Positions 49,854-60,358 of a stretch of 64,000 nt of DNA are shown here, in pieces. The position numbers and the translations under genes are program-made. This DNA comes from a virus (Duplodnaviria; Caudoviricetes): positions 1 through 64,000 of IMG/VR virus record IMGVR_UViG_3300021963_006915; one strand, written 5' to 3'. Each line of letters begins with the position of its first letter. Within the stretch, counting starts at the first letter, position 1. The notes under the pieces are model-generated. The model worked only from the letters and a program-made list of their open reading frames with translations, made no database searches and was not told where the DNA came from.

Positions 49854-49859
49854 ATTGTT

Positions 49860-50273
49860 ATGAAAAAATACGAAGATTTATTAAATATTCCAACTACAAG
49901 TGGAAAGTTTCCTTTATATACAAAGGATTTAACTTTGATTTCTAAGAAATATCAACGTGTGGTTATTGGTCAGAGAGGACCATATGTTGAATTTAGCAAA
50001 GATGAAATACAATTAAATAATTTGTATATACCTAAAAATCAGTTATATAGATTAAGTGATCCAAAGGTTTATTATATTGAGTTCAGAACCACCGGCATAT
50101 CCAGTGTTAAAGTATACTATCAAATGAGAAGTGTTGCGTATGCAGACTATAGAATCGAATATTTCTATATTTCTCCAGATGATTTGTATACAATATCCGA
50201 GTCAGGATTGATGCCGTGTATTAAACAGAAATATATCAGTGAGGTTCCATCGGAATTCTTTGAAACAATTTGA
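49860..50273 (+). CDS. Hypothetical protein
   Basis: 'RVVIGQRGPYVEF...KVYYQ..SVAYADY' looks like a conserved block; function unknown. Confidence 0.65.
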   Translation: MKKYEDLLNIPTTSGKFPLYTKDLTLISKKYQRVVIGQRGPYVEFSKDEIQLNNLYIPKNQLYRLSDPKVYYIEFRTTGISSVKVYYQMRSVAYADYRIEYFYISPDDLYTISESGLMPCIKQKYISEVPSEFFETI

Positions 50274-50307
50274 CAAAAACAAATCGGTATAGTATTATAG
50301 ATAAGTT

Positions 50308-51045
50308 ATGAAAAAACAACTAATTAATTCATTCACAGACAAGTATTCCCTAAACGGGTTAATCGAAAGCGTAAAGTGGTCAGTAGTGTCTGCTGACAAT
50401 CAAATCAAGACATCATCAACTAGCGATGACAAGAATATCTTGGCATTCGTTACTTTAAAGGATGCTGCTAAGTTGTCAGACATTGAGTTTGGTGTAAATG
50501 ACACAGCTAAGCTCAAGAAGATGTTGGGTGTATTGGGAGATGAAGTAGAAATTACTACAAACACAACCAATGATAAGATTACATCAATTACACTAACCAG
50601 TGAAGGTACTGAGGTACAATATGTTACCGCAGATCTAAGTGTTATTCCTCCAGTTCCAACATTGAAGAAGATGCCCGTCTTTAATTTGGAAATTGCATTG
50701 ACCAAAGAGTTTGTTTCTACATTCGTAAAGGCCAAGAGTGCTTTGACTGAAGTAGATATTTTGACTCTAACCAAGGACAAGAAAGGTAAGATCAAGATGA
50801 TTTTGGGATTTAGTAATACCAATAGTAATCGTATTAATCTTGATATCAAGCCAGTAGAAGGTAAAGATAGTCTTGGTAAGACTCTACATTATAATGCTAA
50901 GTATCTAAAAGAGATCTTGACAAGTAATAGTGATTGTGAGAATGCTGTATTGAAGGTTAGTGACGCTGGTATTGCTCATATTGAATTTGATAATGAGTCA
51001 TTCAACAGCAATTACTATCTATTGGAAATCAAGAACGTAGCTTAA
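50308..51045 (+). CDS. DNA sliding clamp (T4 gp45-like)
   Basis: 245 aa, PCNA-like pattern, upstream of the clamp loader; promoter TTGACA(50270), 17 nt, TATTAT. Confidence 0.75.
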   Translation: MKKQLINSFTDKYSLNGLIESVKWSVVSADNQIKTSSTSDDKNILAFVTLKDAAKLSDIEFGVNDTAKLKKMLGVLGDEVEITTNTTNDKITSITLTSEGTEVQYVTADLSVIPPVPTLKKMPVFNLEIALTKEFVSTFVKAKSALTEVDILTLTKDKKGKIKMILGFSNTNSNRINLDIKPVEGKDSLGKTLHYNAKYLKEILTSNSDCENAVLKVSDAGIAHIEFDNESFNSNYYLLEIKNVA

Positions 51046-51051
51046 TAACTT

Positions 51052-52005
51052 ATGAGTTTCTTTACAGAAGAAGTTGTAGAAAAAAGTAATCATTCACTTT
51101 GGGCTGAAAAGTATCGTCCAGATGTAATTGATAACTATATCTGTAATGATCAGTTGCGTGATATCGTAAAAGATTTTATTTCTCGCAAGGATATTCCACA
51201 TCTATTGTTTCATGGTAGTGCTGGTACTGGTAAAACAACTCTAGCTAAGATTCTGACCAAGAATATTCCATGTGATGTTATGTATGTTAACGCATCTGAC
51301 AATACTGGTGTAGACTTCGTTCGTGATAAGATCAAGCCATTTGCTTCTTCAATGGGTTTTCATGAACTCAAAGTGGTTATTTTGGATGAGGCTGATTATA
51401 TGTCAACCAACTCTCAAGCATCACTTCGTAACTTAATGGAGACCTATAGTAAGAATACTAGGTTCATTCTGACCTGTAACTATGTTGAGAAGATTATTGC
51501 TCCTCTAATTAGTCGCAGTCAAGTGTTTAGACTAGAACCACCTGCAATGAAAGATGTAGCGGTTTATGTCAAGACTATCTTGGATAGTGAAAGTATCAAG
51601 TATACGATGCCTGATATTGCAAGTGTTACAAAGGACTTGTATCCAGATGTACGTAAGATTGTAAATTTCTTACAACAAAGTAGTACTAGTGGTATTTTGA
51701 AGTTGGTTGCAACACAGAGTGCTAATCATGATCTTAAGAATAAATTAATTCTTTCTCTTAAGAATTGTAAAAATAATCCGAAATCATTTAATGAGATTCG
51801 TCAGATGGTAAATGATTCTGGTATTAAGATGTTTGAAGAACTATATACTGAGTTATATGATCGTGCTGAAGAATTTGTGCCGGGTAAGGAAATAAATGTT
51901 ATTATAGAAGTATCAGAGAGTATTTATCAGAGTGCGATGGTTGTAGACAAAGAAATTACGTTTATGGCTTGTATCGCAAAACTGATAAAAGTTATAAGTA
52001 AATGA
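51052..52005 (+). CDS. Clamp loader ATPase (RFC / T4 gp44-like)
   Basis: 'WAEKYRP', 'GSAGTGKT', 'NASD', 'LDEAD', 'FILTCN', 'SRS'. Confidence 0.92.
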   Translation: MSFFTEEVVEKSNHSLWAEKYRPDVIDNYICNDQLRDIVKDFISRKDIPHLLFHGSAGTGKTTLAKILTKNIPCDVMYVNASDNTGVDFVRDKIKPFASSMGFHELKVVILDEADYMSTNSQASLRNLMETYSKNTRFILTCNYVEKIIAPLISRSQVFRLEPPAMKDVAVYVKTILDSESIKYTMPDIASVTKDLYPDVRKIVNFLQQSSTSGILKLVATQSANHDLKNKLILSLKNCKNNPKSFNEIRQMVNDSGIKMFEELYTELYDRAEEFVPGKEINVIIEVSESIYQSAMVVDKEITFMACIAKLIKVISK

Positions 52006-53417
52006 TAGTAACAAAACATTCATCTGACAATGTACAAAGAATTCTCGCCAAAAACGGGAATTCTTTTGTTTTATTAGCGGAACAACGCTTTTCTGTAGAA
52101 AAGGAAGAGTATAGTCAAGAAAATATATTTGTGGTCGATGATTTAGATCATTTATCACATATGACCTTACGATTGATATTTGAGTCTTATAAAAGTGGAA
52201 TATTGATGTTTATAAACTCAACTTATGATAAAAAACGTTTTAATACATTAATTGTCAATAAGCTATTGAGTTATTTTGATACGTACAAGTGTTTTTATAA
52301 TGTAATAGTTTATTTTGATAACAACTTTCCATTTAAGGATTTTTATACAAAGACATCAAATGTATTGAAAATTACAAATTCTAGCTTTAGTATTAAAGAT
52401 AAAGGATTGGTTTATATTGGTCAATATGGTACGTGTGGATATGCATCTGCAGCAAAAGGTTATATTGCCGACTATGTTTTGAAGGGGGTTAACATATCTT
52501 GGAAACCACTCAAATTTGACAATAGTAAGAACGACAATAATTACTATGTGGATGTATTGGCAGAGTCAGTTGTTGACAAAAAGTTGGACAATGTTGATTT
52601 AACGATAGTACATAGCACACCCGATATTTGGGATAGATATATTAAGAGTGATGGTAGATATGTCGGATATTGTACTTGGGAAACAAATAAACTACCAACC
52701 AATTGGGTTAACAAGATTAACTTGACACCGGAAGTATGGGTGCCATCTTATTTTAATAAAGAGTGTTTTATTAATAGTGGGGTTAAATCTGATATTAAAG
52801 TTGTACCTCATGTATGGCATCCGCAACCAAGATTTAATAAGAGTGATATAACCATCAAAGATTGCTTTGGAAAGACTATTCCTTCAGACAAATATACATA
52901 CTATAGTATAGGAGAACTTAATTTTAGAAAAGGTATAGAAGACTTGGTAAAGGTGTTTGATAAGTTAAACGATGCATATCCAGATACCCAACTTGTTTTA
53001 AAATTACATTATAGAACATATGACGATACTAGTTTAGTGTATTGTATTGACACTATAAGAAAGTTGACCGGTAAATTGTCTGAGAATATCTTCCTGATAT
53101 TGAACAATCTAAGTAATAGAGAAATATTATCACTTCATAGTTTTTGTGATTGTTATGTAAGTTTGAATAAAGGCGAGGGATTTGGATTGACTATATTTGA
53201 TGCACATCATCATGGTAATATGGTGGTAACAACTGGCTATAGTGCTCCTGTTGAATTTCTTGGTAAAGATTACAAGGGATTGGTTAATTATAAACTAAAT
53301 AAAGTAAGTGGAATGGAGTCATTTAGTACTAATTATTCTAGTGATCAAGAGTGGGCATATCCTGATTTGGACCACGCTTATGAGTTAATGAAAAAATGTT
53401 ATGAAGATAAGTTATAA
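52002..53417 (+). CDS. GT4 glycosyltransferase with an extra N-terminal domain
   Basis: 'CGYA', 'WET', 'VWVPS', 'RKG', 'GEGFGL'. Confidence 0.8.
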   Translation: MIVTKHSSDNVQRILAKNGNSFVLLAEQRFSVEKEEYSQENIFVVDDLDHLSHMTLRLIFESYKSGILMFINSTYDKKRFNTLIVNKLLSYFDTYKCFYNVIVYFDNNFPFKDFYTKTSNVLKITNSSFSIKDKGLVYIGQYGTCGYASAAKGYIADYVLKGVNISWKPLKFDNSKNDNNYYVDVLAESVVDKKLDNVDLTIVHSTPDIWDRYIKSDGRYVGYCTWETNKLPTNWVNKINLTPEVWVPSYFNKECFINSGVKSDIKVVPHVWHPQPRFNKSDITIKDCFGKTIPSDKYTYYSIGELNFRKGIEDLVKVFDKLNDAYPDTQLVLKLHYRTYDDTSLVYCIDTIRKLTGKLSENIFLILNNLSNREILSLHSFCDCYVSLNKGEGFGLTIFDAHHHGNMVVTTGYSAPVEFLGKDYKGLVNYKLNKVSGMESFSTNYSSDQEWAYPDLDHAYELMKKCYEDKL

Positions 53418-53763
53418 TACATTGGATAATACAGAGAAGCAATTTAAGTTGGTTGATGGAGTTTATTCAATTGAAAATGATCGACTTACCAAATGGATGT
53501 GGACTGCACAAGAATTTAGTGGAGTTGTGAATAATATTGAATATATTACACTTAGTATAATGTCAAACATCAAGAATAAGTTGATATATGAAGATAAGTC
53601 TATTGATTTGAATACTGAATGTTTGAATGTGGTAAAAATCAAGATGAGTGGTAAAACTGAGTTTAAGTTTAAACTGGAACTTCCGTATGAAGTTAATAAT
53701 GACGCACGATCATTAGGTGTTATGTTAGTTGGTATAAAAGTAGAAGAGGATTTAATTTTTTGA
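53401..53763 (+). CDS. Hypothetical beta-rich protein, possibly carbohydrate-binding
   Basis: 'WMWT...DARSLGV' pattern; glycosyltransferase context. Confidence 0.45.
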   Translation: MKISYNTLDNTEKQFKLVDGVYSIENDRLTKWMWTAQEFSGVVNNIEYITLSIMSNIKNKLIYEDKSIDLNTECLNVVKIKMSGKTEFKFKLELPYEVNNDARSLGVMLVGIKVEEDLIF

Positions 53764-53781
53764 TATGACAAGTTTACAAAG

Positions 53782-54390
53782 ATGAAAAACTATAATTACA
53801 CAACGGATTGGTTTGGAAATGGCGATGACTTAAAACAAATTATTAAATTTGATAGAGAATCTGAATTACATGTATTAGAAATCGGAGCGTTTGAGGGTAG
53901 ATCCACCACTTGGTTTTTGGATAATTTATTACAAAATCCAAAATCAACAATTACATGTATAGATCCGTGGACTAGCTATTCACAAAATTCTGATAGTTTT
54001 AATAGTTATAACACCGATGATGCTGAATTGAATTTCAAATCACATAAAAATACTTTTTTATATAACATATCAGAATCCGGCTGTGAAAGCAAAGTTATAG
54101 TAAAAGAGGGATTTTCTCACAAATTAATACCAGAATTGATTCTTGAAAATAAAAAATATGATCTAATCTATATTGATGGAAATCACACAGCTCCATTTGT
54201 TTTAACAGATTGTGTATTAAGTTGGTATATTTTAAAAGAACAAGGTTTAATGATTTTTGATGACTATTGGTGGGGAAATGGTTCTCTTATAACACCAAGA
54301 CCCGCCATCGATACATTTATTCATATTTTTTCAGAATATTCTAAAGTTGTGTGGTCTGACTATAAAAAAGCAATTCAAAAAACAAAATAA
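53782..54390 (+). CDS. SAM methyltransferase (Methyltransf_24-like)
   Basis: 'LEIGAFEGRS', 'DLIYIDGNH', 'FDDYWW'. Confidence 0.85.
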   Translation: MKNYNYTTDWFGNGDDLKQIIKFDRESELHVLEIGAFEGRSTTWFLDNLLQNPKSTITCIDPWTSYSQNSDSFNSYNTDDAELNFKSHKNTFLYNISESGCESKVIVKEGFSHKLIPELILENKKYDLIYIDGNHTAPFVLTDCVLSWYILKEQGLMIFDDYWWGNGSLITPRPAIDTFIHIFSEYSKVVWSDYKKAIQKTK

Positions 54391-54411
54391 AAATTTACAC
54401 TATATTAGTCT

Positions 54412-55440
54412 ATGAAAATATTATATTTATCATGTCATGCTGTATTGGAATACGACGAATTAAGAATACTAAATGATTTAGGTTATGACGTTACATCGGT
54501 AGGAGGTTATATAAACCCTAAATCTCCACACGTAGATACTAGGCCTCCATTAATGATTGATTCAAATAAAGATAGAGAACATAAGATTAATAAATTATTT
54601 GAAACTAATAAGAGTAAAAGAATTCCTTTAGAAAAGTGTTCTTATACTTTAACTAAAGAAGTTGTTGATGACTATGACATTATTTATGTGATGCATAATC
54701 TAGAATGGTTAGATATTAATTGGCCAATTATAAAAAATAAAATTGTTGTATTAAGAACATTCCTAAACTTGGGAGGTACAGAATTACATATACAGAAATA
54801 TGTAAATCAGGGTTTGAAGGTTTTACGTTGTTCTCCGATGGAACGGGAAATTGAAAACTATGCTGGTGAAGATGGTATTATACGATTTTTAAAATATGAA
54901 TGTGATTTTAAACCAAGAAACATATTACACGATCAAGTAATAACATTTGGTCAAAGTGTTAAACAACGAGGATCTTGGTGTGGAGCTGAACTAATAGAGG
55001 GTTTATCAAAGGAACTTCCATTTACAATTTTTGGACCAGCAAATGATGAATACAAGTTTTGGGGTGGTAGATTAAGTTATGAAGATCAGTTAATACAATT
55101 GGCTACTAATTCCTGTTATTTCTTTACAGGTACATTTCCAGCACAATATACACTTAGTTTTGTAGAAGCCTTGATGACAGGCATACCAATTGTTTCTATG
55201 GGAAAAAACCTCTCACAATCAATTGTATCAAAATATCCATTTGAGGTACCTTATATATTAGATGAAATTGGAGGATTTTATGGAGATGATCTCACTGATA
55301 TTAAAAATAAGTTACAAGTGATACTTGATGATAGAAAACTAAACGAAGAGATGTCGATTAAAGAAATATCATTAGGAAAAAAGTTGTTTTCGGCTGAACG
55401 AAATATGTATCTCTGGAAAGACTTTTTCAATAGTTTATGA
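54412..55440 (+). CDS. Glycosyltransferase (GT-B)
   Basis: 'LSFVEALMTGIPIV'. Confidence 0.7.
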   Translation: MKILYLSCHAVLEYDELRILNDLGYDVTSVGGYINPKSPHVDTRPPLMIDSNKDREHKINKLFETNKSKRIPLEKCSYTLTKEVVDDYDIIYVMHNLEWLDINWPIIKNKIVVLRTFLNLGGTELHIQKYVNQGLKVLRCSPMEREIENYAGEDGIIRFLKYECDFKPRNILHDQVITFGQSVKQRGSWCGAELIEGLSKELPFTIFGPANDEYKFWGGRLSYEDQLIQLATNSCYFFTGTFPAQYTLSFVEALMTGIPIVSMGKNLSQSIVSKYPFEVPYILDEIGGFYGDDLTDIKNKLQVILDDRKLNEEMSIKEISLGKKLFSAERNMYLWKDFFNSL

Positions 55441-55907
55441 TTAAAATTCATCCAACTGCTATAATAGATACCGATTTAGGTAATATTGGTCAACATACTA
55501 AAATATGGTCTTATACTCACATTTGTAAAAATGCTATTATTGGTGAAAATTGTACAATTGGAGAAGGGGTGTATATAGGTCCAAATGTTAAAATTGGAAA
55601 TAATTGTAAAATACAAAATCATAGTTTAATTTACGAAGGGGTGGAAATTGAGGATAATGTATTTATAGGACCAAATGTAATCACTACAAATGACAATTTT
55701 CCACGTGCGATGGGAGATTGGTCAGATAGATTCAAAAAAACTCTAATTAAAAAAGGTAGTAGTGTTTGTGCTAATTCAACTATCGTATGTGATGTTATAT
55801 TAGGAGAAAATTGTATGATTGGAGCGGGATCGGTTGTTACAAAAAATATAAAAGACAACTATCTTGCGTATGGAAATCCCGCCAGACACATAAGGAAAAT
55901 ATCATGA
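55437..55907 (+). CDS. Hexapeptide-repeat sugar N-acetyltransferase (WbpD/WxcM-like)
   Basis: 'IHPTAII', left-handed beta-helix repeats, 'TND', 'GAGSVVTK', 'GNPAR'. Confidence 0.88.
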   Translation: MIKIHPTAIIDTDLGNIGQHTKIWSYTHICKNAIIGENCTIGEGVYIGPNVKIGNNCKIQNHSLIYEGVEIEDNVFIGPNVITTNDNFPRAMGDWSDRFKKTLIKKGSSVCANSTIVCDVILGENCMIGAGSVVTKNIKDNYLAYGNPARHIRKIS

Positions 55908-56944
55908 AAGTTTTTGTAGATCTACATCATAGTGATTTATATTATTCTCTACATTTATTATTAGAGAAAAGATTGGGTTTTGAATTATATAGACCGGCTG
56001 GTATGGATTGGTTTAATGAAGGTTATTGGCAAATAGCCAAACCTTATAATCATGATATATCAATTGTTAAACAATTTTTAAATATTGATATCGAACATCC
56101 AGATCGATACCATCCACGATGTGGAAACTATAGTGTTTCTTGTAAAAATGATATTTACTATGTGTACGAACCTATACATGATTATTATCAAAAAGCAATA
56201 ACATTAGAAACATTTAAAAATTTAAAATTTGATCTGATAATTTCGACAGTACAAGAACACGATCACACATTTCAAACTTTAAAAGATAAATATCAACCAA
56301 CTGCTAAACATATAGCACAACTTGGTAATGTTGGACAAAAGACTGAAGTAAAAAATGTATTCCATTCGGTAACGTATAAGCCCTATCCATATCAAAATGC
56401 TGTTTTAATACATCAAGAAATTGATACAAATTTATACAAGTTTACTCCGATAAATTCTTCCACGAAGAACATATATAGTGTAGTTAATTTAGCTCCAGAT
56501 ATAGAAACTTATAATTTGTACAAAAATCAGATGACAGATTGTAATTTTAAATATTACGGAATAAATTCTCCTGATGGTATTTTGGATGGAACATTCGGAG
56601 TTTCATCAAAAATGATTGAATCTAATATTGGATGGAGTTTGAAGCCATTAGGCGGATTGGGTCATTCAAATATGGGATGGTGTTATTCTGGTAGACCAAT
56701 AATTACAAACATGAGCCAACATAGATTTTTTGGTGGTGTAGCTTTACAATTATTTGAACCCGATGTTACATGCATTGATATAGAATCCAATGATTTAGAA
56801 TTAAATATTAATAAGATAAGAGATTGGTTACTGCCTGAAAATACAATTAAATATGGAGAAAAGTTAAGAAATAGGTTTTTAGAGCTAGTAAACTATGATG
56901 TTGAAGAACAAAGATTTAGACAATTTTTATCTAAATTATTATGA
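55904..56944 (+). CDS. Glycosyltransferase-like protein (GT-B)
   Basis: 'GGLGH.....SGRPII'; ATGA-coupled. Confidence 0.55.
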   Translation: MKVFVDLHHSDLYYSLHLLLEKRLGFELYRPAGMDWFNEGYWQIAKPYNHDISIVKQFLNIDIEHPDRYHPRCGNYSVSCKNDIYYVYEPIHDYYQKAITLETFKNLKFDLIISTVQEHDHTFQTLKDKYQPTAKHIAQLGNVGQKTEVKNVFHSVTYKPYPYQNAVLIHQEIDTNLYKFTPINSSTKNIYSVVNLAPDIETYNLYKNQMTDCNFKYYGINSPDGILDGTFGVSSKMIESNIGWSLKPLGGLGHSNMGWCYSGRPIITNMSQHRFFGGVALQLFEPDVTCIDIESNDLELNINKIRDWLLPENTIKYGEKLRNRFLELVNYDVEEQRFRQFLSKLL

Positions 56945-57876
56945 TATTTGACTTAAAAAATTTAGACATAGAGATATTAAAAAAGTTTAATGGTTTAAAT
57001 AATTATTTTAATCCATCACACTTTGAGGGTGATGTCACACAAATCCGAGGTAACATTCATAAAACAATACGTGTGACCAAAACTATATTTCGTAGAGAGT
57101 CTATATTTGATAATAAGATTCTTGTAAGCGATATAGTAGATGATCAAGACAATGTTTTATTACAACACTATACAGATGAAAACTTTTTATGGTCTTATGA
57201 AGATGCTAGATTTATAAATAACAATGAGATAAGTGTATGTTGTTGTAAACGAGATAAGAATGATATTGAAAAAATAGTGAATGTGGAGTATAAAAGATAT
57301 AATTTAACCACAAAAGAGTTAACTCACTTTAAAACACAAAATGCACATTTTGAAAAACATTGGCAGTTTTATAAAGATAAAATTATTTATCATGTAAATC
57401 CATATACAATTATGGATAGTAATGAAAATATTATTTATAAGAAACAAATTAATTTACAACCATGGATTGAAAAATATGGTAATCCAGGTTTGAGTACAAA
57501 TGTGTTTGAAGTAGATGGCATTAAGTATTTATTGTTCCATAGTTATGTATGGTTTAGCCGTCTTCATTTTAAATACTTCATTGGATTGTTACGTTTAAAT
57601 GATGATTTATCTCCATTTGCTTATGCAATTAATCCACTATTTGAATCCAACAGAGAGTATAGTGACAACGTAGTTTTAAATGACTTATGGAATTGGAGAA
57701 AAACCGAATTGTGTGAAGTTGTTAAATATGAAGTTATATTTCCTATGAATGTAACAACTTATAATGGTATTATAAATATTTATAGTGGATTGAATGATTG
57801 TAGCGCTGTTAATATTAAAATTGATAAACACACATTTATTGATAAAATCAAAAATGAACCATTTATATTAATATGA
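56941..57876 (+). CDS. Beta-propeller glycosidase/phosphorylase-like protein (GH130-like)
   Basis: 'EDARF', 'EKHW', 'VIFP', 'YSGLND'. Confidence 0.55.
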   Translation: MIFDLKNLDIEILKKFNGLNNYFNPSHFEGDVTQIRGNIHKTIRVTKTIFRRESIFDNKILVSDIVDDQDNVLLQHYTDENFLWSYEDARFINNNEISVCCCKRDKNDIEKIVNVEYKRYNLTTKELTHFKTQNAHFEKHWQFYKDKIIYHVNPYTIMDSNENIIYKKQINLQPWIEKYGNPGLSTNVFEVDGIKYLLFHSYVWFSRLHFKYFIGLLRLNDDLSPFAYAINPLFESNREYSDNVVLNDLWNWRKTELCEVVKYEVIFPMNVTTYNGIINIYSGLNDCSAVNIKIDKHTFIDKIKNEPFILI

Positions 57877-58523
57877 ACATCTTAAATAAACATTTTAATA
57901 AGGTATATATAATTTCATCATATGCAACTCAAAACAGGTTAGATGAGTTGATGTTAATTTTAAAAAAAGAAAATATAGACTTGGAAGTAGTGATAGCACC
58001 AAAAAAAAAGTACTTTAATCCTGACTACACAAAAACGCATTGTAACGAGGTTACACAAAGTCATATAAGTGTGACGGAATCTATATTTTTAAAAGAATCA
58101 TATCTAAAATCCGAAACTTTTTGTATTATGGAGGATGATGTCTTTTTTAGTAATAATTATTCCAATATGCTGGAAAATTTCTTTATTAAACTACCATCTG
58201 ATTGGGATATTGTTAATTTGGGTTATCATGAATATACATCTTTAAAAATTAATCCAAATCAACTTTATTATAAAATAGACAGAGATGAAAGAATTTGTGG
58301 TACTCATATAGTTGGATATAAACATCATGTGGTAGATCATGTTAAGAATGCATTAGAAAAATGTATATATCCATTGGATTGGTTTTTAAATGATAATGTT
58401 TATCCACATTTCAAAACATATGTTCCAACAGAACACATAATTTATGCATCTTCATTTAGATCGGATGACTTAACTAAAGACGCTTTCTATAAAAAATATA
58501 AATCCGCTATGATTCTTGAATGA
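57873..58523 (+). CDS. GT25-like glycosyltransferase
   Basis: 'KVYII...R', 'SH', 'IMEDD', 'LPSDWD..NLG', 'PLD'. Confidence 0.7.
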   Translation: MNILNKHFNKVYIISSYATQNRLDELMLILKKENIDLEVVIAPKKKYFNPDYTKTHCNEVTQSHISVTESIFLKESYLKSETFCIMEDDVFFSNNYSNMLENFFIKLPSDWDIVNLGYHEYTSLKINPNQLYYKIDRDERICGTHIVGYKHHVVDHVKNALEKCIYPLDWFLNDNVYPHFKTYVPTEHIIYASSFRSDDLTKDAFYKKYKSAMILE

Positions 58524-59092
58524 AAATTGTTGTTGCACATTATAATGAAGATCTATCGTGGTTGGATAAAATTAATGCCGATCATATAATTTATAGTAAG
58601 GGTTATACAAATTTAAAGTATTCTTTCCATATTTTGCCAAATGTTGGCCGTGAGGCAGATACATATTTATATTATATAATTAATAACTATTATAGTTTAG
58701 ACGATATTATTGTCTTTCTACAAGGTGATCCATTTGATCATTGTCATGATGTGGTTGATAAAGTGAATAATATCAACAATGACAATGATGTTAAGTGGTT
58801 ATGTTCTAATTGGGGTCCGTTGACAAAAGATTATCAAGGTGGACCAGGATCAATACCATTACCATTGTTAGATATATGTGAAAAGTTATTTAATAAAAAA
58901 TTTGATAATACTAAAACATTCACATTTTCGCCAGGAGCTCAATATATTGTACCAAAAAAGTTTATACTCAATAAATCTTTAGATTGGTGGAAATATTGCT
59001 ATTTTGTATTCAATGAATACATTGAAACGTCTCCTTGGTCATATGAACGTATCTGGCCAGAAATTTTTAATTATGAGAATATATCAAACTAG
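58520..59092 (+). CDS. DUF3431-like protein
   Basis: 'VVAHYNEDLSW', 'NVGREA.TYL.YI..NY', 'GAQY', 'ERIW'. Confidence 0.75.
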   Translation: MKIVVAHYNEDLSWLDKINADHIIYSKGYTNLKYSFHILPNVGREADTYLYYIINNYYSLDDIIVFLQGDPFDHCHDVVDKVNNINNDNDVKWLCSNWGPLTKDYQGGPGSIPLPLLDICEKLFNKKFDNTKTFTFSPGAQYIVPKKFILNKSLDWWKYCYFVFNEYIETSPWSYERIWPEIFNYENISN

Positions 59093-59642
59093 AATTGAAC
59101 TTGTAAAAGATTTAGTAACAGAAAAATCTGTATGTGTTGAAATGGGAGTACTATATGGAGGTTTTGCACAACACATATATAATCAAAATCCAAAAAAGTT
59201 GTATTTAGTTGATTTATGGAATGAACCTATGCCATGTGGAGATGAAGACGGAAATAACGTATACTGGTCATACGATAATATTGAGTGTTTTAATAATCTT
59301 ACAGAACAATTTTCAAATTCTAATAATGTTATAATATCTAAAACTGACTCTGTTTCTTTTATGAAGTCGTGTGACGACGATTATTTTGATTTTATCTACA
59401 TTGATACAACACACACATACGAACAAACGTTACGTGAATTAGAGGTTTCATTTAGTAAATGTAAAAATGATGGATATATATGTGGCCATGATTTTTCTAT
59501 CATTTCTGAAAAATGTAAAAGTTCTAATTTCAACTTTGATGTGGATAAAGCCGTATATGAATTTTGTACAAAGTACAATCAGAAAATACATGCTATTGCT
59601 CTAGACGGATGTATTAGCTTTGTAATCAAAAAAAGTATATGA
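59073..59642 (+). CDS. SAM methyltransferase (Methyltransf_24-like)
   Basis: 'VEMGV..G', 'DFIYIDTTH', 'CGHD'. Confidence 0.82.
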   Translation: MRIYQTRIELVKDLVTEKSVCVEMGVLYGGFAQHIYNQNPKKLYLVDLWNEPMPCGDEDGNNVYWSYDNIECFNNLTEQFSNSNNVIISKTDSVSFMKSCDDDYFDFIYIDTTHTYEQTLRELEVSFSKCKNDGYICGHDFSIISEKCKSSNFNFDVDKAVYEFCTKYNQKIHAIALDGCISFVIKKSI

Positions 59643-60358
59643 TATCAATTGTTTCTCCTGTATATTTAGGACAATTACATAGAGTAGAATATCATCAAAA
59701 GTTTATTGAATCATGTAAAAAACAAAACGATTTTGATAAAATACGCTTTATTTTTTTCTACGAAAACACTATACTAGATCGTGATTTGATAAATGATTTA
59801 AAAAAATACAATAATGTTGATATTCATGTAAATTCATATGATTTTAAAACATATCTAAATCAATATAATTGTTTAAATTATTGTTTTGAACATCTAAAAC
59901 TAGATCATGTTATATATCTTGAAGATGATGTGGAAATGTCTAATGATCTATATGATATAACAAATTTTTATGTAAATTCTAAAAATTATAATGATAATAA
60001 TATATTCTGTTATCTAAATAAAGATAATTTGATAGATGATGTTTCAACTAGATCTGATTTAATACAAGTTAAAAGCTTTATGAAAGGAGATATGGATTAT
60101 TTTACGCCGTGGGGATTTTTAGCGACAAAACATGTGTGGAACAATGTTCTTAAACACTGGGATAAAATCACATCATTTGATTGGGAGTTGGTCAAAAAGT
60201 GTAAAGATAATTATGGTATAGTGAGTCCTCAAGAATCCAGAGTAAATCATATAGGTGTCAATGGTATGAATTATAATGAGGATATATTTAGATCTCATAA
60301 CTTTGCGTCGTATAAAGTTAAACAATATACCAACCGGATTAATTATAGTTATGTATGA
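59639..60358 (+). CDS. GT-A glycosyltransferase (GT2/GT13-like)
   Basis: 'YLEDD', 'TPWG', 'FDW', 'SRVNHIG'. Confidence 0.7.
   Translation: MISIVSPVYLGQLHRVEYHQKFIESCKKQNDFDKIRFIFFYENTILDRDLINDLKKYNNVDIHVNSYDFKTYLNQYNCLNYCFEHLKLDHVIYLEDDVEMSNDLYDITNFYVNSKNYNDNNIFCYLNKDNLIDDVSTRSDLIQVKSFMKGDMDYFTPWGFLATKHVWNNVLKHWDKITSFDWELVKKCKDNYGIVSPQESRVNHIGVNGMNYNEDIFRSHNFASYKVKQYTNRINYSYV

Noticed and set aside
381-59578. Many short antisense or alternate-frame ORFs in the track (e.g. 4234-4548, 26690-27031, 50400-50849)
   Set aside because: They lie within well-supported genes and have no motifs or start signals; they are shadow ORFs.
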